A stretch of 64,000 nucleotides of DNA from an uncultured Spirochaetota bacterium (GCA_963734495.1 CAVTHK010000016.1:64001-128000); one strand, 5' to 3'; shown: positions 42,794-52,287, counted from the first letter of the stretch. The notes: a model not told the origin generated them from the sequence alone. Numbers and translations are program-made.

Positions 42794-44299
42794 CTATTCC
42801 ACTTTCGCGTAGGTCAGGTAGTAGAGGCTGCCGTTGCCGACCTGCTTGAAGCCCTTGACCCTCGGGCTGAGGACCTGGCTCTCGACGGGGCAGTAGAGGA
42901 AAACGGCGGGGGCCCGCTCCGTGAGGAGAGCCTGCAGCTTGTCGTAGACCGGCTTGCGGTCCGCGTAGCTTGTCAGAGTGCGGCCCTGATCGAGCAGCTT
43001 GTCCACGTCGGCGTCCTTGAACAGGAAGTTGTTGACGCCGCCTGTGCTGTGGAAGGTCCTGTACAGGAATCGGTCGGGTTCGGGCGAGCCGCCCCTGAGC
43101 TCGATCATCGTGTCGAAGTCGCGCTTGACCCAGCGGTCGATGTACACGCCCCACTCGACGACTTCGAGCTGGGCGTCGATGCCGATCTTTTTGAGCTGGT
43201 CCTGGGCGATCTGGGCGACGGCGAGGCCGCCTTCGTAGGTGCTGGAGCAGACGATCTTGAAGGAGAGCCCGTTCGGGTAGCCGGCCTGCGCCAGCAGGCT
43301 CTTCGCCCGGGCTATGTCCGGAGACGCAAACGGCAGCTTTGACGGCGGCAGCGCCCACTGGGTCACCGCCACCGGGAGGGGACCTGTGACCTGCGCCGCG
43401 CCGAACTCGGCGGCGGCGACGATCTCGTCGCGGTTGAGGGTGAGGGCGATCGCGTCGCGCACGCGCACGTCGTCGAACGGCTTGCGGCTCGTGTTGAAGC
43501 TGAAGATGCGCACGTTGATGCCCGGCTTTCGCATCACGACGACCTTGGGGTCCCGGGCAGCCAGGCGCACGGTCGGGGCGTCGCTGATGGTGGCCATGTC
43601 GAGCTCTCCGGACCTGACGCCGGCGAGGAGCGAAGCCTGCTCGGGGATCACGCGGAAGATCACCTTGTCGACGACGGGCGCGCCCTTCTCGAAGTAATTG
43701 GGATTCCGGACGAGAGTCATGGAGTTGTCCGGCAGCCACTCCTTGAGCATGAAGGGGCCGGTGCCGACCGCGACCTTCTGGAGGTTGCCGTTCTTCTCGA
43801 CCTCTTCCCTGGGCACGATGGCCAGGTTGTTGGACGAGAGGCCGTCGAGAAGGGAAGGCAGCGGGGCCGTCAGCGTGACCCGCACGGTGTAGGGATCGAC
43901 GACGTCGATGGCCTTGACCGACGAAATGTACGATCGTCCGGGCGAAGCCGTCTTGGGATCGAGGACACGGTTGAGCGAGTACTGCACGTCCTCGGCGCGG
44001 AGCTCGCGGCCGTTGTGGAACTTGACGCCCTTGCGCAGGTGGAACACGTACGTCACGTTGTCCGGGTTGTCCCACGACTCGGCGAGATCGGGCACGATGG
44101 CGAGGTTCTCGTCTACGCGCACGAGCTTGTTGTAGAGAAGGTCGATGCGTCGGTGCGAAGAGAAGGCGGTGACGATGTTCGGGTCGAGCCCGACCGCCTC
44201 CTGGTCCACGCCGATCGTGAGAACGCTCTCCGCCACGGCGGTCGCGCTGAACGCGAGGGCCATGGTGAAGGCTGCCAGCAGAACTACGTGTTTCTTCAT
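42794..44299 (-). CDS. oppA: Family 5 ABC substrate-binding protein
   Basis: Signal peptide, PDLAESW, LRKGVKFHNG, GTGPF and PFDDVRVR motifs. Confidence 0.92.
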   Translation of the reverse strand: MKKHVVLLAAFTMALAFSATAVAESVLTIGVDQEAVGLDPNIVTAFSSHRRIDLLYNKLVRVDENLAIVPDLAESWDNPDNVTYVFHLRKGVKFHNGRELRAEDVQYSLNRVLDPKTASPGRSYISSVKAIDVVDPYTVRVTLTAPLPSLLDGLSSNNLAIVPREEVEKNGNLQKVAVGTGPFMLKEWLPDNSMTLVRNPNYFEKGAPVVDKVIFRVIPEQASLLAGVRSGELDMATISDAPTVRLAARDPKVVVMRKPGINVRIFSFNTSRKPFDDVRVRDAIALTLNRDEIVAAAEFGAAQVTGPLPVAVTQWALPPSKLPFASPDIARAKSLLAQAGYPNGLSFKIVCSSTYEGGLAVAQIAQDQLKKIGIDAQLEVVEWGVYIDRWVKRDFDTMIELRGGSPEPDRFLYRTFHSTGGVNNFLFKDADVDKLLDQGRTLTSYADRKPVYDKLQALLTERAPAVFLYCPVESQVLSPRVKGFKQVGNGSLYYLTYAKVE

Positions 44300-44329
44300 A
44301 GCTCCTCCTACAGAAGCTTGCTTCCCGAA

Positions 44330-45562
44330 TCAGAGAGTGAGGTGGCCGAGGACCACGGGCGCCCGCGCGCCCGTCACCGCGGGCAGGTTGCCGGGCCGGC
44401 CCATCAGCGACTCGTGCCCGAGCACAGCGAACGCCATCGCCTCGCGCGCCTGGTCGGGCACGCCGCGCGCGGACGTCGTGGTGACGACGATCGCCGCGGG
44501 CAGCCGCTCGCGGAGCATCCGCAGCAGGGTGGGATTCAGGGCACCGCCGCCGCAGGCGAGGACCTCGTCCACGCGGGTTGTGGGGAGTATGAAGTCCCGG
44601 TACGCGCGCGCCATGGATTCCGCGGCGAAGGCCGTCGCGGTGGCGACGGTGTCCTCGAAGTCGAGCCCTCGCGAGCGCGCGTCGGCCATGAAGCGGTCGG
44701 CGAACGCCGCGCCGTAGACCTCGCGCCCCGTGCTCTTGGGCGGCTTGCGCGCGAAGTAGGGGTCGCGCATGGAGAGCTCGACCATCTGAGCGCTCGGCTT
44801 GCCCCGGGCCGCGATGGCTCCGTCCGCGTCGTAGCCCATCTTGCCGTCGGTCCCGAGCCGCACGACGCCATCGATCACTATGTTTCCGGGCCCGGTGTCG
44901 AAGGCGACGATCTGGCTGGCGGCTGCGGCCGCGGGGATGACGGTCGCGTTCCCGATGCCCCCGATGTTCTGCACGATCCTTCCCTTTTCGGGGCTGCCGA
45001 AAAGGAGCGCGTCGAGGTAGGGGGCGAGGGGCGCGCCTTCGCCTCCCGCGGCCATGTCGCGTGCGCGCAGGTCGGCCACGACGGGAATGCCCGTGCGTTC
45101 GCGCACGACGTCGCTGGAGCCGATCTGCAGGGTCCCCTTGACCGGCATGGGCCCGACGGGGCCGGGAAAGGGGCGGGGCTCGGGAGCGTGCCACACCGTC
45201 TGGCCGTGCATGCAGACGGCGTCTATGCGCGCGCGGTTGACGCCCGACTCGGCGAGCACCATCTCCACGGCTTTCGCGTACCACTCGGAGAGGCCGAAAT
45301 GCGCGTATACCAGGTCGTCTATGCGCGCGCTCTCGACGCGGCAAAGGTCTGAGAGCAGCCGCCGGAGATCGACGCTATAGGGGAGATAGCTATGATGAAG
45401 CAGCGTGACTTCGCGGATCGCTCCGTCAGGCTTCGTCTCGATCCGCACGAGGGCCGCGTCGACGCCGTCGAGCGAAGTGCCCGACATCAGGCCGATGACC
45501 AGGTGCTCGTGCTTCGAAGCGTACTTTTTCCGGTCCACTGAAACGTCGGGAGCTCCGTCCAT
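44330..45562 (-). CDS. anmK: Anhydro-N-acetylmuramic acid kinase
   Basis: GLMSGTSLDGVD, HGQT, GGEGAPL, NIGGIGN, FDTGPGN, PKSTGRE and CGGG motifs. Confidence 0.95.
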   Translation of the reverse strand: MDGAPDVSVDRKKYASKHEHLVIGLMSGTSLDGVDAALVRIETKPDGAIREVTLLHHSYLPYSVDLRRLLSDLCRVESARIDDLVYAHFGLSEWYAKAVEMVLAESGVNRARIDAVCMHGQTVWHAPEPRPFPGPVGPMPVKGTLQIGSSDVVRERTGIPVVADLRARDMAAGGEGAPLAPYLDALLFGSPEKGRIVQNIGGIGNATVIPAAAAASQIVAFDTGPGNIVIDGVVRLGTDGKMGYDADGAIAARGKPSAQMVELSMRDPYFARKPPKSTGREVYGAAFADRFMADARSRGLDFEDTVATATAFAAESMARAYRDFILPTTRVDEVLACGGGALNPTLLRMLRERLPAAIVVTTTSARGVPDQAREAMAFAVLGHESLMGRPGNLPAVTGARAPVVLGHLTL

Positions 45563-45618
45563 GGTTTGCGTATCCGCGCAGCGCGGGTTCGTCTCGTTGA
45601 CGCGCTCGTCCCGCGATT

Positions 45619-45647
45619 AGTATATGGCCGCCTCCCGCGGCAAGCAA
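45619..45647 (-). promoter_or_regulatory. Sigma70 promoter of the anmK-opp operon
   Basis: TTGCTT-N17-TATACT on -. Confidence 0.65.
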
Positions 45648-46015
45648 ACGGAGCGGGGGCGACGGGGTCGAACGCCGCGCGTAGACGAACCGTGGTTGCC
45701 GGGGCGGGCCCACGGTTGTGCCGAGGTATGTTGCTCCGCAGGAAGCAATTGCCGGCGTACGTCCCGCGGGCAATGTGCCGGCACGCTGCCCGCGCCAGGC
45801 AGTCCGAAGTCCTGCGGGGCGGGAACCTTCATCCGACAGACGTGAGGGGGACCAAGTCGGTTCGGGTCTTCGGCTACGCAGGCCGCATCGTCGGCTCTGC
45901 GCTGGCGGTCGCCGCGAGAGGGACAGACAGCGCATTCCTTCGCCGCGCCATCGGCCGACCGAGGCCCCCCGTGCGGGCGGCCGAGCTCGGCGCACGGCCG
46001 CCCAGCGCGTTGCGA

Positions 46016-47257
46016 TCAGTGCGACACCTCGTTCGAATAGCCGCTTTCCATCCCTGCTGAGCTATACGCCGTGGCCGCGAAGTAGTGCGTGATACCAGGC
46101 TGCAGTCCCGTCACTGTGAAGGTGGTGACGTTTCCTGCGTCCACGACGCGGTCGTAAGTCCCGCTCGTGGTGCCGTAGTGCACCTTGTAGCCTGCCACAT
46201 CCGCGCCTGTGGACGGATCCCACGCCAGAGTTACGGAAGTCGATGGGACGGTAGCGGTGACGGCGAAAGAGACACCCGTTGTTCCCGCGCGCAGGCCGTC
46301 CGCGGTAAAGGCCGTAACGTCGAGCCGATGCGAGCCGGGCGGCAGGTCCGCGGGGACTGATAGAGCCCCTCCGATGTGCCGGAATATCCCGTTCAGATAC
46401 CAGGCATAGACGAGATTGCCTGTGACCCCTTCCACAGACGCCGTGACCGTGAATCCGGTGCCTTGCGCGACTGTTGCGAGGTGGCCGAAGAGATTCACCG
46501 CCAGCGGAACGTCAGGCTGCGGCGTGATGTTGGTCTGCACGCTGGGAGCGGCGGCGTCGACATCGGTGAATGCAACCTCGACGCTTGTGGTGGCGTTCTT
46601 CTGGATCTGGACGACCTCGATCGCGCCGGCAACGACCGCGCCGCCGTCCAGCAGCCGGAGCGTAAGGGTGGCGGCGCCGGCGGGTATCTTTGCAATTGTG
46701 GAGCTGGAGACCCCGGACCCCAAGGTGAAGGACAACGACTTGGCTGTGCCCGATTGAGGCACGAGCTGGGCATCGATCGACGGTGCGGCGACCTGCGCGG
46801 CCGGCCAGCTCAGCGTCACCCGCAGCGCGCCGTACCCTGACACCGGCCTGACTTTGACGGCCGCGGCCGCCGACGTGGCGGACGTGACCGTGACCTGGGT
46901 CGTCCCTTTGCCGACGACGTCGCCGCTTGCGTTCGCGGCTTCCACGGTCACATCCCAAACGCCGGTCTTGAGGCTCTGGATTTCCGCCGTAGTGCCCTGC
47001 GCCGATCGGACAAAGTCGGTGCCCTGCGGCCCGCGCCCCGTGATCACATGCGATACCGCGGTCATGTCGATCGTCGGGTCGGCTGACGGGGCAAGAAGGT
47101 CGTCGAGCGTGAGCAGCAACGTGCCCGTATCGGGCGCACCATCCTGGCCATCCGACCCGGCCGAGCGTATCCCCGGGGGTAGACAGCCGGCGATGGTGAA
47201 CGTAGCGATGGTCAGGAGTGCGGCCGGCGTCAGCGCCCGCCGCTTCGTTTGAGTCAT
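46016..47257 (-). CDS. Lipoprotein with Ig-like beta domains and a C-terminal fibronectin type III domain
   Basis: Lipobox IAGC; Thr/Val-rich beta segments; VTLAWDPS...GYKVHYGT.SG.Y...GNVT...Y..TAY...ESGYSNEV; RBS GGAGG. Confidence 0.85.
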   Translation of the reverse strand: MTQTKRRALTPAALLTIATFTIAGCLPPGIRSAGSDGQDGAPDTGTLLLTLDDLLAPSADPTIDMTAVSHVITGRGPQGTDFVRSAQGTTAEIQSLKTGVWDVTVEAANASGDVVGKGTTQVTVTSATSAAAAVKVRPVSGYGALRVTLSWPAAQVAAPSIDAQLVPQSGTAKSLSFTLGSGVSSSTIAKIPAGAATLTLRLLDGGAVVAGAIEVVQIQKNATTSVEVAFTDVDAAAPSVQTNITPQPDVPLAVNLFGHLATVAQGTGFTVTASVEGVTGNLVYAWYLNGIFRHIGGALSVPADLPPGSHRLDVTAFTADGLRAGTTGVSFAVTATVPSTSVTLAWDPSTGADVAGYKVHYGTTSGTYDRVVDAGNVTTFTVTGLQPGITHYFAATAYSSAGMESGYSNEVSH

Positions 47258-47316
47258 GACAGTACCTCCGTCTCGCCGGATGACCGCTCGACAGAGGCAC
47301 CTGCACCGGAGGCCGT

Positions 47317-47412
47317 ATCGAGTCGGCAGCCGTGCAACCATTTCGGGCAGCTCGCCCGAGGCAGGCCACGTGCTTTGCGCCACCTCCTTTCGGAGGCTTC
47401 GCCTTTTTCGAC
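47317..47412 (-). ncRNA. c-di-GMP-I (GEMM-I) riboswitch
   Basis: Minus strand reads TCGAAAAAGGCGAA-GCCTCC-GAAA-GGAGGT-GGCGCAAAGC-ACGTGGCCTG...ATGGTTGCACGGCTGCCGACTCGA, matching the GGC-AA/P2-GAAA/CGCAAAGC/GCTGCCG pattern. Confidence 0.8.
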
Positions 47413-47425
47413 CGTTGATGGTTAG

Positions 47426-47442
47426 TGCAAGGGACGTGCCAG
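47426..47442 (-). promoter_or_regulatory. Sigma54 (RpoN) -24/-12 promoter
   Basis: CTGGCACGTCCCTTGCA on - (consensus TGGCAC-N5-TTGCW); predicted +1 near 47415, just before the riboswitch. Confidence 0.85.
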
Positions 47443-47822
47443 ACGATGAATACGATCCAAGCGCCTTGGCGAAATGCAGTTACGATCGTTGCGCGCGAAG
47501 GCGCGAAGGGCTGGCCGTTTCGTTAGCGATAGTCTTTGCCAAACCAACGTCACACCTGCGTAACAGGCGGAGAGCCCTGGACTCGACCGCCTGACAGCAT
47601 GCGCGACAAGCAAGTTCGCGCGGAGGGCTGCGTCGGCGGGCGTCAACAGGACACGGTCGTCGAAGACAAGGAGCTCGGCAAAGTGTTCGGACGGTCGCTG
47701 CCACGGAGCGCGGCGCGATGCCGACTGAGCTTACGTCGACCCGGGGCGGTCGTCTACTTTGATCTGGTATGTGACCGCGCGTCCCGGCGCACGGGCTCGA
47801 GCGGAGGGGCAGCCCCGCGCAG

Positions 47823-49079
47823 TCACTCCGGGGGGCGGCTGTCCGTCGGCCGCCTGACTTCGCGCCGAGCCCGCAGGTCTCCAAAGGTCGCGACCCCGAA
47901 GCCGGCAACCGCCGTCAGCAGCAGTCCGCCGCCGATGTGGAACGCGCCGGCCAGCCCCACCGCCTGGCCCAGCACCCCGAACAGGGACGGGCCGATGATC
48001 TGCGCGAGTCGGTTCGCGAGGAGCCTGAGCCCCATCACCTTTCCCCGGTCGCGTTCGGCGCTGTCGTTCACCATGATCATGATGCTCACGGGCAGGTTGA
48101 GCCCGACCGCGCTCCCCATCAGCATGATGACGAGACCGAACAGGACCGCGTTGACGGAAGCGAGAGGCAGCAGAGCCAGGCATGAGGCCGCCACGCACCC
48201 CGCGACAATCAGCAGGCGCTCCAGCCCGACCCTTTTGACCATCCAGGAGAGGAAGAACCTGAAGGTCAGCCCGGCCAGCCCGTTGAGCGACACCATGGCC
48301 GAGATCATCCCCGTGCCGTAGCCCGCGTCGCTCAGATAGAGCGGGATAAAGCTGAAGGACATTGACTGCATGAACATGATGAGGAACGTGGCCATTAGGC
48401 CGAACTGCACGCCGCGGTTGCGAGCGAGCTCGAAGCCGCTCAGGTAGCTGCGGAGCATCTCTCGCGGGGTCACCAGCGCACGCGCGCCCGCGGCGCGGCC
48501 TCCACCTGCGCCAGCATCGGCTGACTCGCGGAACCCCAGCAGCAGGACGACCGTCGCGACGAGGGACACCGCCGTCGCCGCGGCAAAGGCAAAGTGATAC
48601 CCGGCGCCGCCGCCGCCCGCCAGGCCCACGACTCCTCCTCCGAGCAGAGGGCCGACCATCCCGCCGCCGGACATGGCCACGGAATAGTGGTTGATGTTGC
48701 GGTTGCGCTCCTTTACACCGCCCTCCGAGGCGAGCACCTGCAGCGACGACGCAGCGACGATGATCGACGCGCCGAGGATCATCTGCCCCACACCGAGGAG
48801 CAGCAGGTTGCCGGTGACCGCGGTCACGGCCAGCGAAGCCACCAGGAGGACGAACCCGACCCTGGCCATCGTCAACGCGCCGACGACGTCGATGAGCTGC
48901 CCGACCGGCATCGCGATGAACATAGGGACCAGGGCGCGCAACGTGACGAGCAAACCGATGGTCGCGGTCGAAGCGCCCAGCGACTGGGCATAGAGGGAGA
49001 AGAAGGGCTGCGCGATCGACGTGATCGTAAAGAAGACCGCGGCGCCCGCGATGCCCGCGACGTGAGGCTTACCCCGCAT
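47823..49079 (-). CDS. MFS transporter
   Basis: About 12 TM segments; GQLIDVVG loop and RGKVMGL...GP motif. Confidence 0.88.
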   Translation of the reverse strand: MRGKPHVAGIAGAAVFFTITSIAQPFFSLYAQSLGASTATIGLLVTLRALVPMFIAMPVGQLIDVVGALTMARVGFVLLVASLAVTAVTGNLLLLGVGQMILGASIIVAASSLQVLASEGGVKERNRNINHYSVAMSGGGMVGPLLGGGVVGLAGGGGAGYHFAFAAATAVSLVATVVLLLGFRESADAGAGGGRAAGARALVTPREMLRSYLSGFELARNRGVQFGLMATFLIMFMQSMSFSFIPLYLSDAGYGTGMISAMVSLNGLAGLTFRFFLSWMVKRVGLERLLIVAGCVAASCLALLPLASVNAVLFGLVIMLMGSAVGLNLPVSIMIMVNDSAERDRGKVMGLRLLANRLAQIIGPSLFGVLGQAVGLAGAFHIGGGLLLTAVAGFGVATFGDLRARREVRRPTDSRPPE

Positions 49080-49421
49080 AGCCGCGCGCCCGTTCTCTGC
49101 TGAGCTGCATCGGCACGACTGTATCCGAGAAAGCGCGGGTCTGTGGAGCGGTCGTCAGCCGGAGTTCAGGTTGAAGGTTTTCGCGGCGCGTTCGCCTCGC
49201 TTCGGGGCGCCCCGGCGAACCACGGTTGCGCCGGCGCAACCGCGGTTGTGAAAGCGTGGGGCCCGCGCGCCTGCAGCCCGGACGGCGCGCGCACGTATCT
49301 CTCTTGCCGCGCGAGCGTTAGTGACGGCTGGGGCGCCCGCCGCCCCAGTGGCACGCCCCATGCTCTGTTGTGGGCAGGCGCCGCTGTGCGCCTTCAATTT
49401 TCTACAATCAGGAGGACTCGC

Positions 49422-50138
49422 ATGACAGGTTCGCTGCAGGTCAAGGGGTGCGCGTCGATGGCAGGCGGCTCGACGCGCAACACGAAGTGCGTGCGATGGC
49501 TGCCGATCTTTGTTCTTTGCGGCCTCATACTGCCGTCCGTCGCTCCCGCGCAAGAGGTGAGCTTGGGAGCGAGGATCGGGGGAGGGCTCTCGTTTCTCGG
49601 CGGAAGCGACTGGAACGACGCGCTGAACTTTCTCGTTCATGGCCGCAACAAAGTACGATCCGGCTTCACGGTCGGGGCGTTCCTGAGCTTCCAGATCACG
49701 CAAGGATTCTGCATCCAGTCCGGCATTGCCTATACGAGGACAGGCGGCGCCTATGACTATTTCGAGGATACCATGCTCTTCGAAACCGTCGACGGAACGG
49801 TCACCGCGAGCGCTCTGGAGCTGCCTCTCCTCCTGGCTCCGCAATTCCCGGCGGGAACCGGCAGGTTGCAGGTGTTCATCGGTCCCGACGTGATTCTCCT
49901 TCTGGGGGACATCGAATACAAGGAGGAAGCGGCCGGGATCTCCGCGAGCGCCAAAGCGGCGCCTGACAACAGCCTGGTCCTGGGCATGAAGGCTGGGATC
50001 GCGTACGTGCATCCGGCCGGCGCTGGGGACGTAGTGGTAGAGCTGAGCTACACGAGAACGCTCACGGAGATCTTCGAGGACGACAACACTGCCGTCAACG
50101 CCGTGCTGGCGACGGTGGGATACCAGATACGGCTGTAG
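49422..50138 (+). CDS. Outer-membrane beta-barrel (PorT-like) protein
   Basis: RBS AGGAGG, signal peptide, GF.VG.F, LELPLL and F.GP motifs, terminal VGYQIRL. Confidence 0.75.
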   Translation: MTGSLQVKGCASMAGGSTRNTKCVRWLPIFVLCGLILPSVAPAQEVSLGARIGGGLSFLGGSDWNDALNFLVHGRNKVRSGFTVGAFLSFQITQGFCIQSGIAYTRTGGAYDYFEDTMLFETVDGTVTASALELPLLLAPQFPAGTGRLQVFIGPDVILLLGDIEYKEEAAGISASAKAAPDNSLVLGMKAGIAYVHPAGAGDVVVELSYTRTLTEIFEDDNTAVNAVLATVGYQIRL

Positions 50139-50317
50139 GCGGCGACCTTCCGCGAGTCGAGCCGAGCCGAACGCGGGGGAGGCCGCGCTCCAGGTGAGGG
50201 GCCGATCCAGTGAGCCGCGGAGGGGGATGCGGCCCGTCGGAATCCGCCGACGGGCTTGCGCCCGGGAGGAGGGCCGATGGCAGAGACACGAGGCCCGAGC
50301 CGTCGGGTAGTCCGCGG

Positions 50318-50807
50318 CACAACGCTACGCTGCTGCGGGCCATCGACGCCTACGAGACGTTCAGCCGGCTGCTGACGGATGCGTGGGAGAGCAGCCTTCA
50401 TTCTATGACTCGCAAGGCAGGGAGGACTCAGCTCGCGGAGATCGCTGCGGCGGCGCCCGTGCGCGAGGCCGCGGCGAGAGTGCCCGGGATGTGGAGCGAG
50501 CTGTCGGACCTGCTGCAGCCCTTCGGGCTGGCGGTGTCTTTCGACGAGAACTTCGCGTGGACCTCCAGGCAGGCGGCGCCCGAGGAGTGGATCGCCGGCC
50601 TGCTCGAGCATCACCTGGAGGTGCAGCGGCACAAGCCGCCTGACGGCAAGAACCCGTGGTTCGAGACGCTGCCGGATGGGTCGGCGGTGATCCGGGCTGC
50701 ATACAGGCGGCCCGAGGCGGCCGGAGCCGACGGAGGAGTACGTGCACGCGTACCGGACGGGATCGCTGTGGTCCTTTGCGCGCGATCTCGGGATGGTGAG
50801 GACGTAG
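50318..50807 (+). pseudogene. 3' fragment of a hypothetical protein of a putative helicase/PLD-type defence operon
   Basis: LLRAIDAYETFSRLL...LLEHH.EVQR.KPP.GK.PWFE...[frameshift]EEYVHAYRTGSLWSFARDLGMVRT*; no 5' part; family link is recollection only. Confidence 0.5.
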
Positions 50808-50905
50808 GCGGGCAGCATGGCGAGAGAGAAACAGGCGAACAGGCTGCTGGACCACTGGGTACCGCCCGACGGCGCCGGCGAGGCGGTGGGGTGCGTGGCG
50901 ACGAC
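50784..50905 (+). repeat. 122-bp direct repeat, copy 1
   Basis: Matches 51853-51974 with 6 mismatches; spans the stop of the upstream gene and the first 29 codons of MAREKQAN.. Confidence 0.9.
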
Positions 50906-51103
50906 TCTTCCCGCTCGGCGCCGCGGCGTGCCGCGGTGAACGGTGTGACTTTGACCTGCGGAAAGCGAATCGACATACTATCCGCGGAGTTGCAGACCTG
51001 CGAGGGGCAATCCCACGGCTGCCGTTCAAGCCGATCGACGGCGGGGTAGCTCCGTCAAGATCGCCGACAGCCGGCAGGACCTGAAGGTCAAGGAGAGAGG
51101 GCG

Positions 51104-51409
51104 ATGAACGCAAGGCTCACCATCTCCCGTGAGAGGATCGCGGCCTTCTGTCGGGAGCATGGAATTCGGCGACTGGCAGTATTCGGCTCGGCGCTCCGGG
51201 AAGACTTTGGCCCACAGAGTGACGTTGACGTGCTGGTGGAGTTCGAGCCGGATCGCATTCCCGGCCTTTTTGGGGTCGCCCGTCTGGAGAGGGAACTGTC
51301 GTCGGTGTTTGGCGGGCGAAAGGTGGACCTACGAACGCCGGAGGATCTCAGCCGCTATTTCCGCCAGAGCGTGATCGAGGCGGCCGAGGTGCAGTATGCG
51401 CAAGGATGA
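51104..51409 (+). CDS. Minimal nucleotidyltransferase (MNT) antitoxin
   Basis: [12 protein letters not shown]...SDVDVLVEF and RKVDLRT..LSRYFR motifs; promoter TTGACC-N17-CATACT at 50951-50979. Confidence 0.92.
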   Translation: MNARLTISRERIAAFCREHGIRRLAVFGSALREDFGPQSDVDVLVEFEPDRIPGLFGVARLERELSSVFGGRKVDLRTPEDLSRYFRQSVIEAAEVQYAQG

Positions 51410-51740
51410 CGCAATTCGCCTGCGGCACATGCTCGACGCGGCTCAGGAGGCCATGAGCTTCGTACACAGACGAAACCGGGCCGATTTGGGTCAAGACCGC
51501 CAACTGGTGCTGGCGCTTGTCAAGGCAATCGAGATCATCGGCGAAGCCGCTTATCAACTGTCGCAAGAGACAAGGGAGAGCCTGCCGGAGATACCGTGGG
51601 ACGACATCATCGGGATGAGGCACCGCCTGGTGCATGCATACTTTGATATCAATCTCGACGTCCTGTGGCGGACCGCCGAGAAGGACTTGCCCGCTCTCGT
51701 GTCACTCCTCGTGCCGAGGGTGCCGCCGGAGGTCCTCTGA
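51396..51740 (+). CDS. HEPN/DUF86 (HepT-like) RNase toxin
   Basis: [23 protein letters not shown] (RX4HXY) motifs. Confidence 0.92.
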   Translation: MRKDDAIRLRHMLDAAQEAMSFVHRRNRADLGQDRQLVLALVKAIEIIGEAAYQLSQETRESLPEIPWDDIIGMRHRLVHAYFDINLDVLWRTAEKDLPALVSLLVPRVPPEVL

Positions 51741-51852
51741 TGGCGGACTCCACCGGACGCCGCACTCTCGGCGGCCGGCAGCGCAAGCCCAGCCACGGCG
51801 CCGCCTCCAGCCGGCCGTCTTGGATCGTCGAACTTCGTGGGGGGCTGGGCCG

Positions 51853-51974
51853 GATCTCGGGATGGTGATGTCATAGGCGGGCGGCATGGCGAGAGAGAAA
51901 CAGGCGAACGGGCTGCTGGACCACTGGGTATCGCCCGACGGCGCCGGCGAGGCGGTGGGGTGCGTGGCGACGAC
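51853..51974 (+). repeat. 122-bp direct repeat, copy 2
   Basis: Offset 1069 bp from copy 1. Confidence 0.9.
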
Positions 51975-52120
51975 CTTCACCTTTGATTCCGTGTTCTTCG
52001 AAGAAGAGTGCCTGACCCGCTTTGCGCAGGTCGAATCGGATCCGCAGGAGGACGGCCCGGCCTACCTGATCGAGCGCGAGGAGAAGCTCGCGGGCCTGGC
52101 GTGCGCGGCGGTGCTCGTCA
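51886..52120 (+). pseudogene. 5' fragment of a hypothetical, possibly PLD-like-domain protein
   Basis: LLDHW.SPDGAGEAVGCVATTFTFDSVFFEEECLTRF...YLIEREEKLA; protein-like composition is lost after AAVLV. Confidence 0.5.
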
Positions 52121-52287
52121 GCCGTCCGCATGGAGGGACAGCAGTCTGCCTTCCGGCCAAGGCCTATGCGTGTCCGAGACCTAGGACGAAGAGATGTCGC
52201 GGATTCCCGCAGCCCTCAACCGAGCGCAGCCTTGAGCGCCCGGAGGATACCTTCACCTTGATCCTTGGTGGGGAGTCCCGCGGACAG

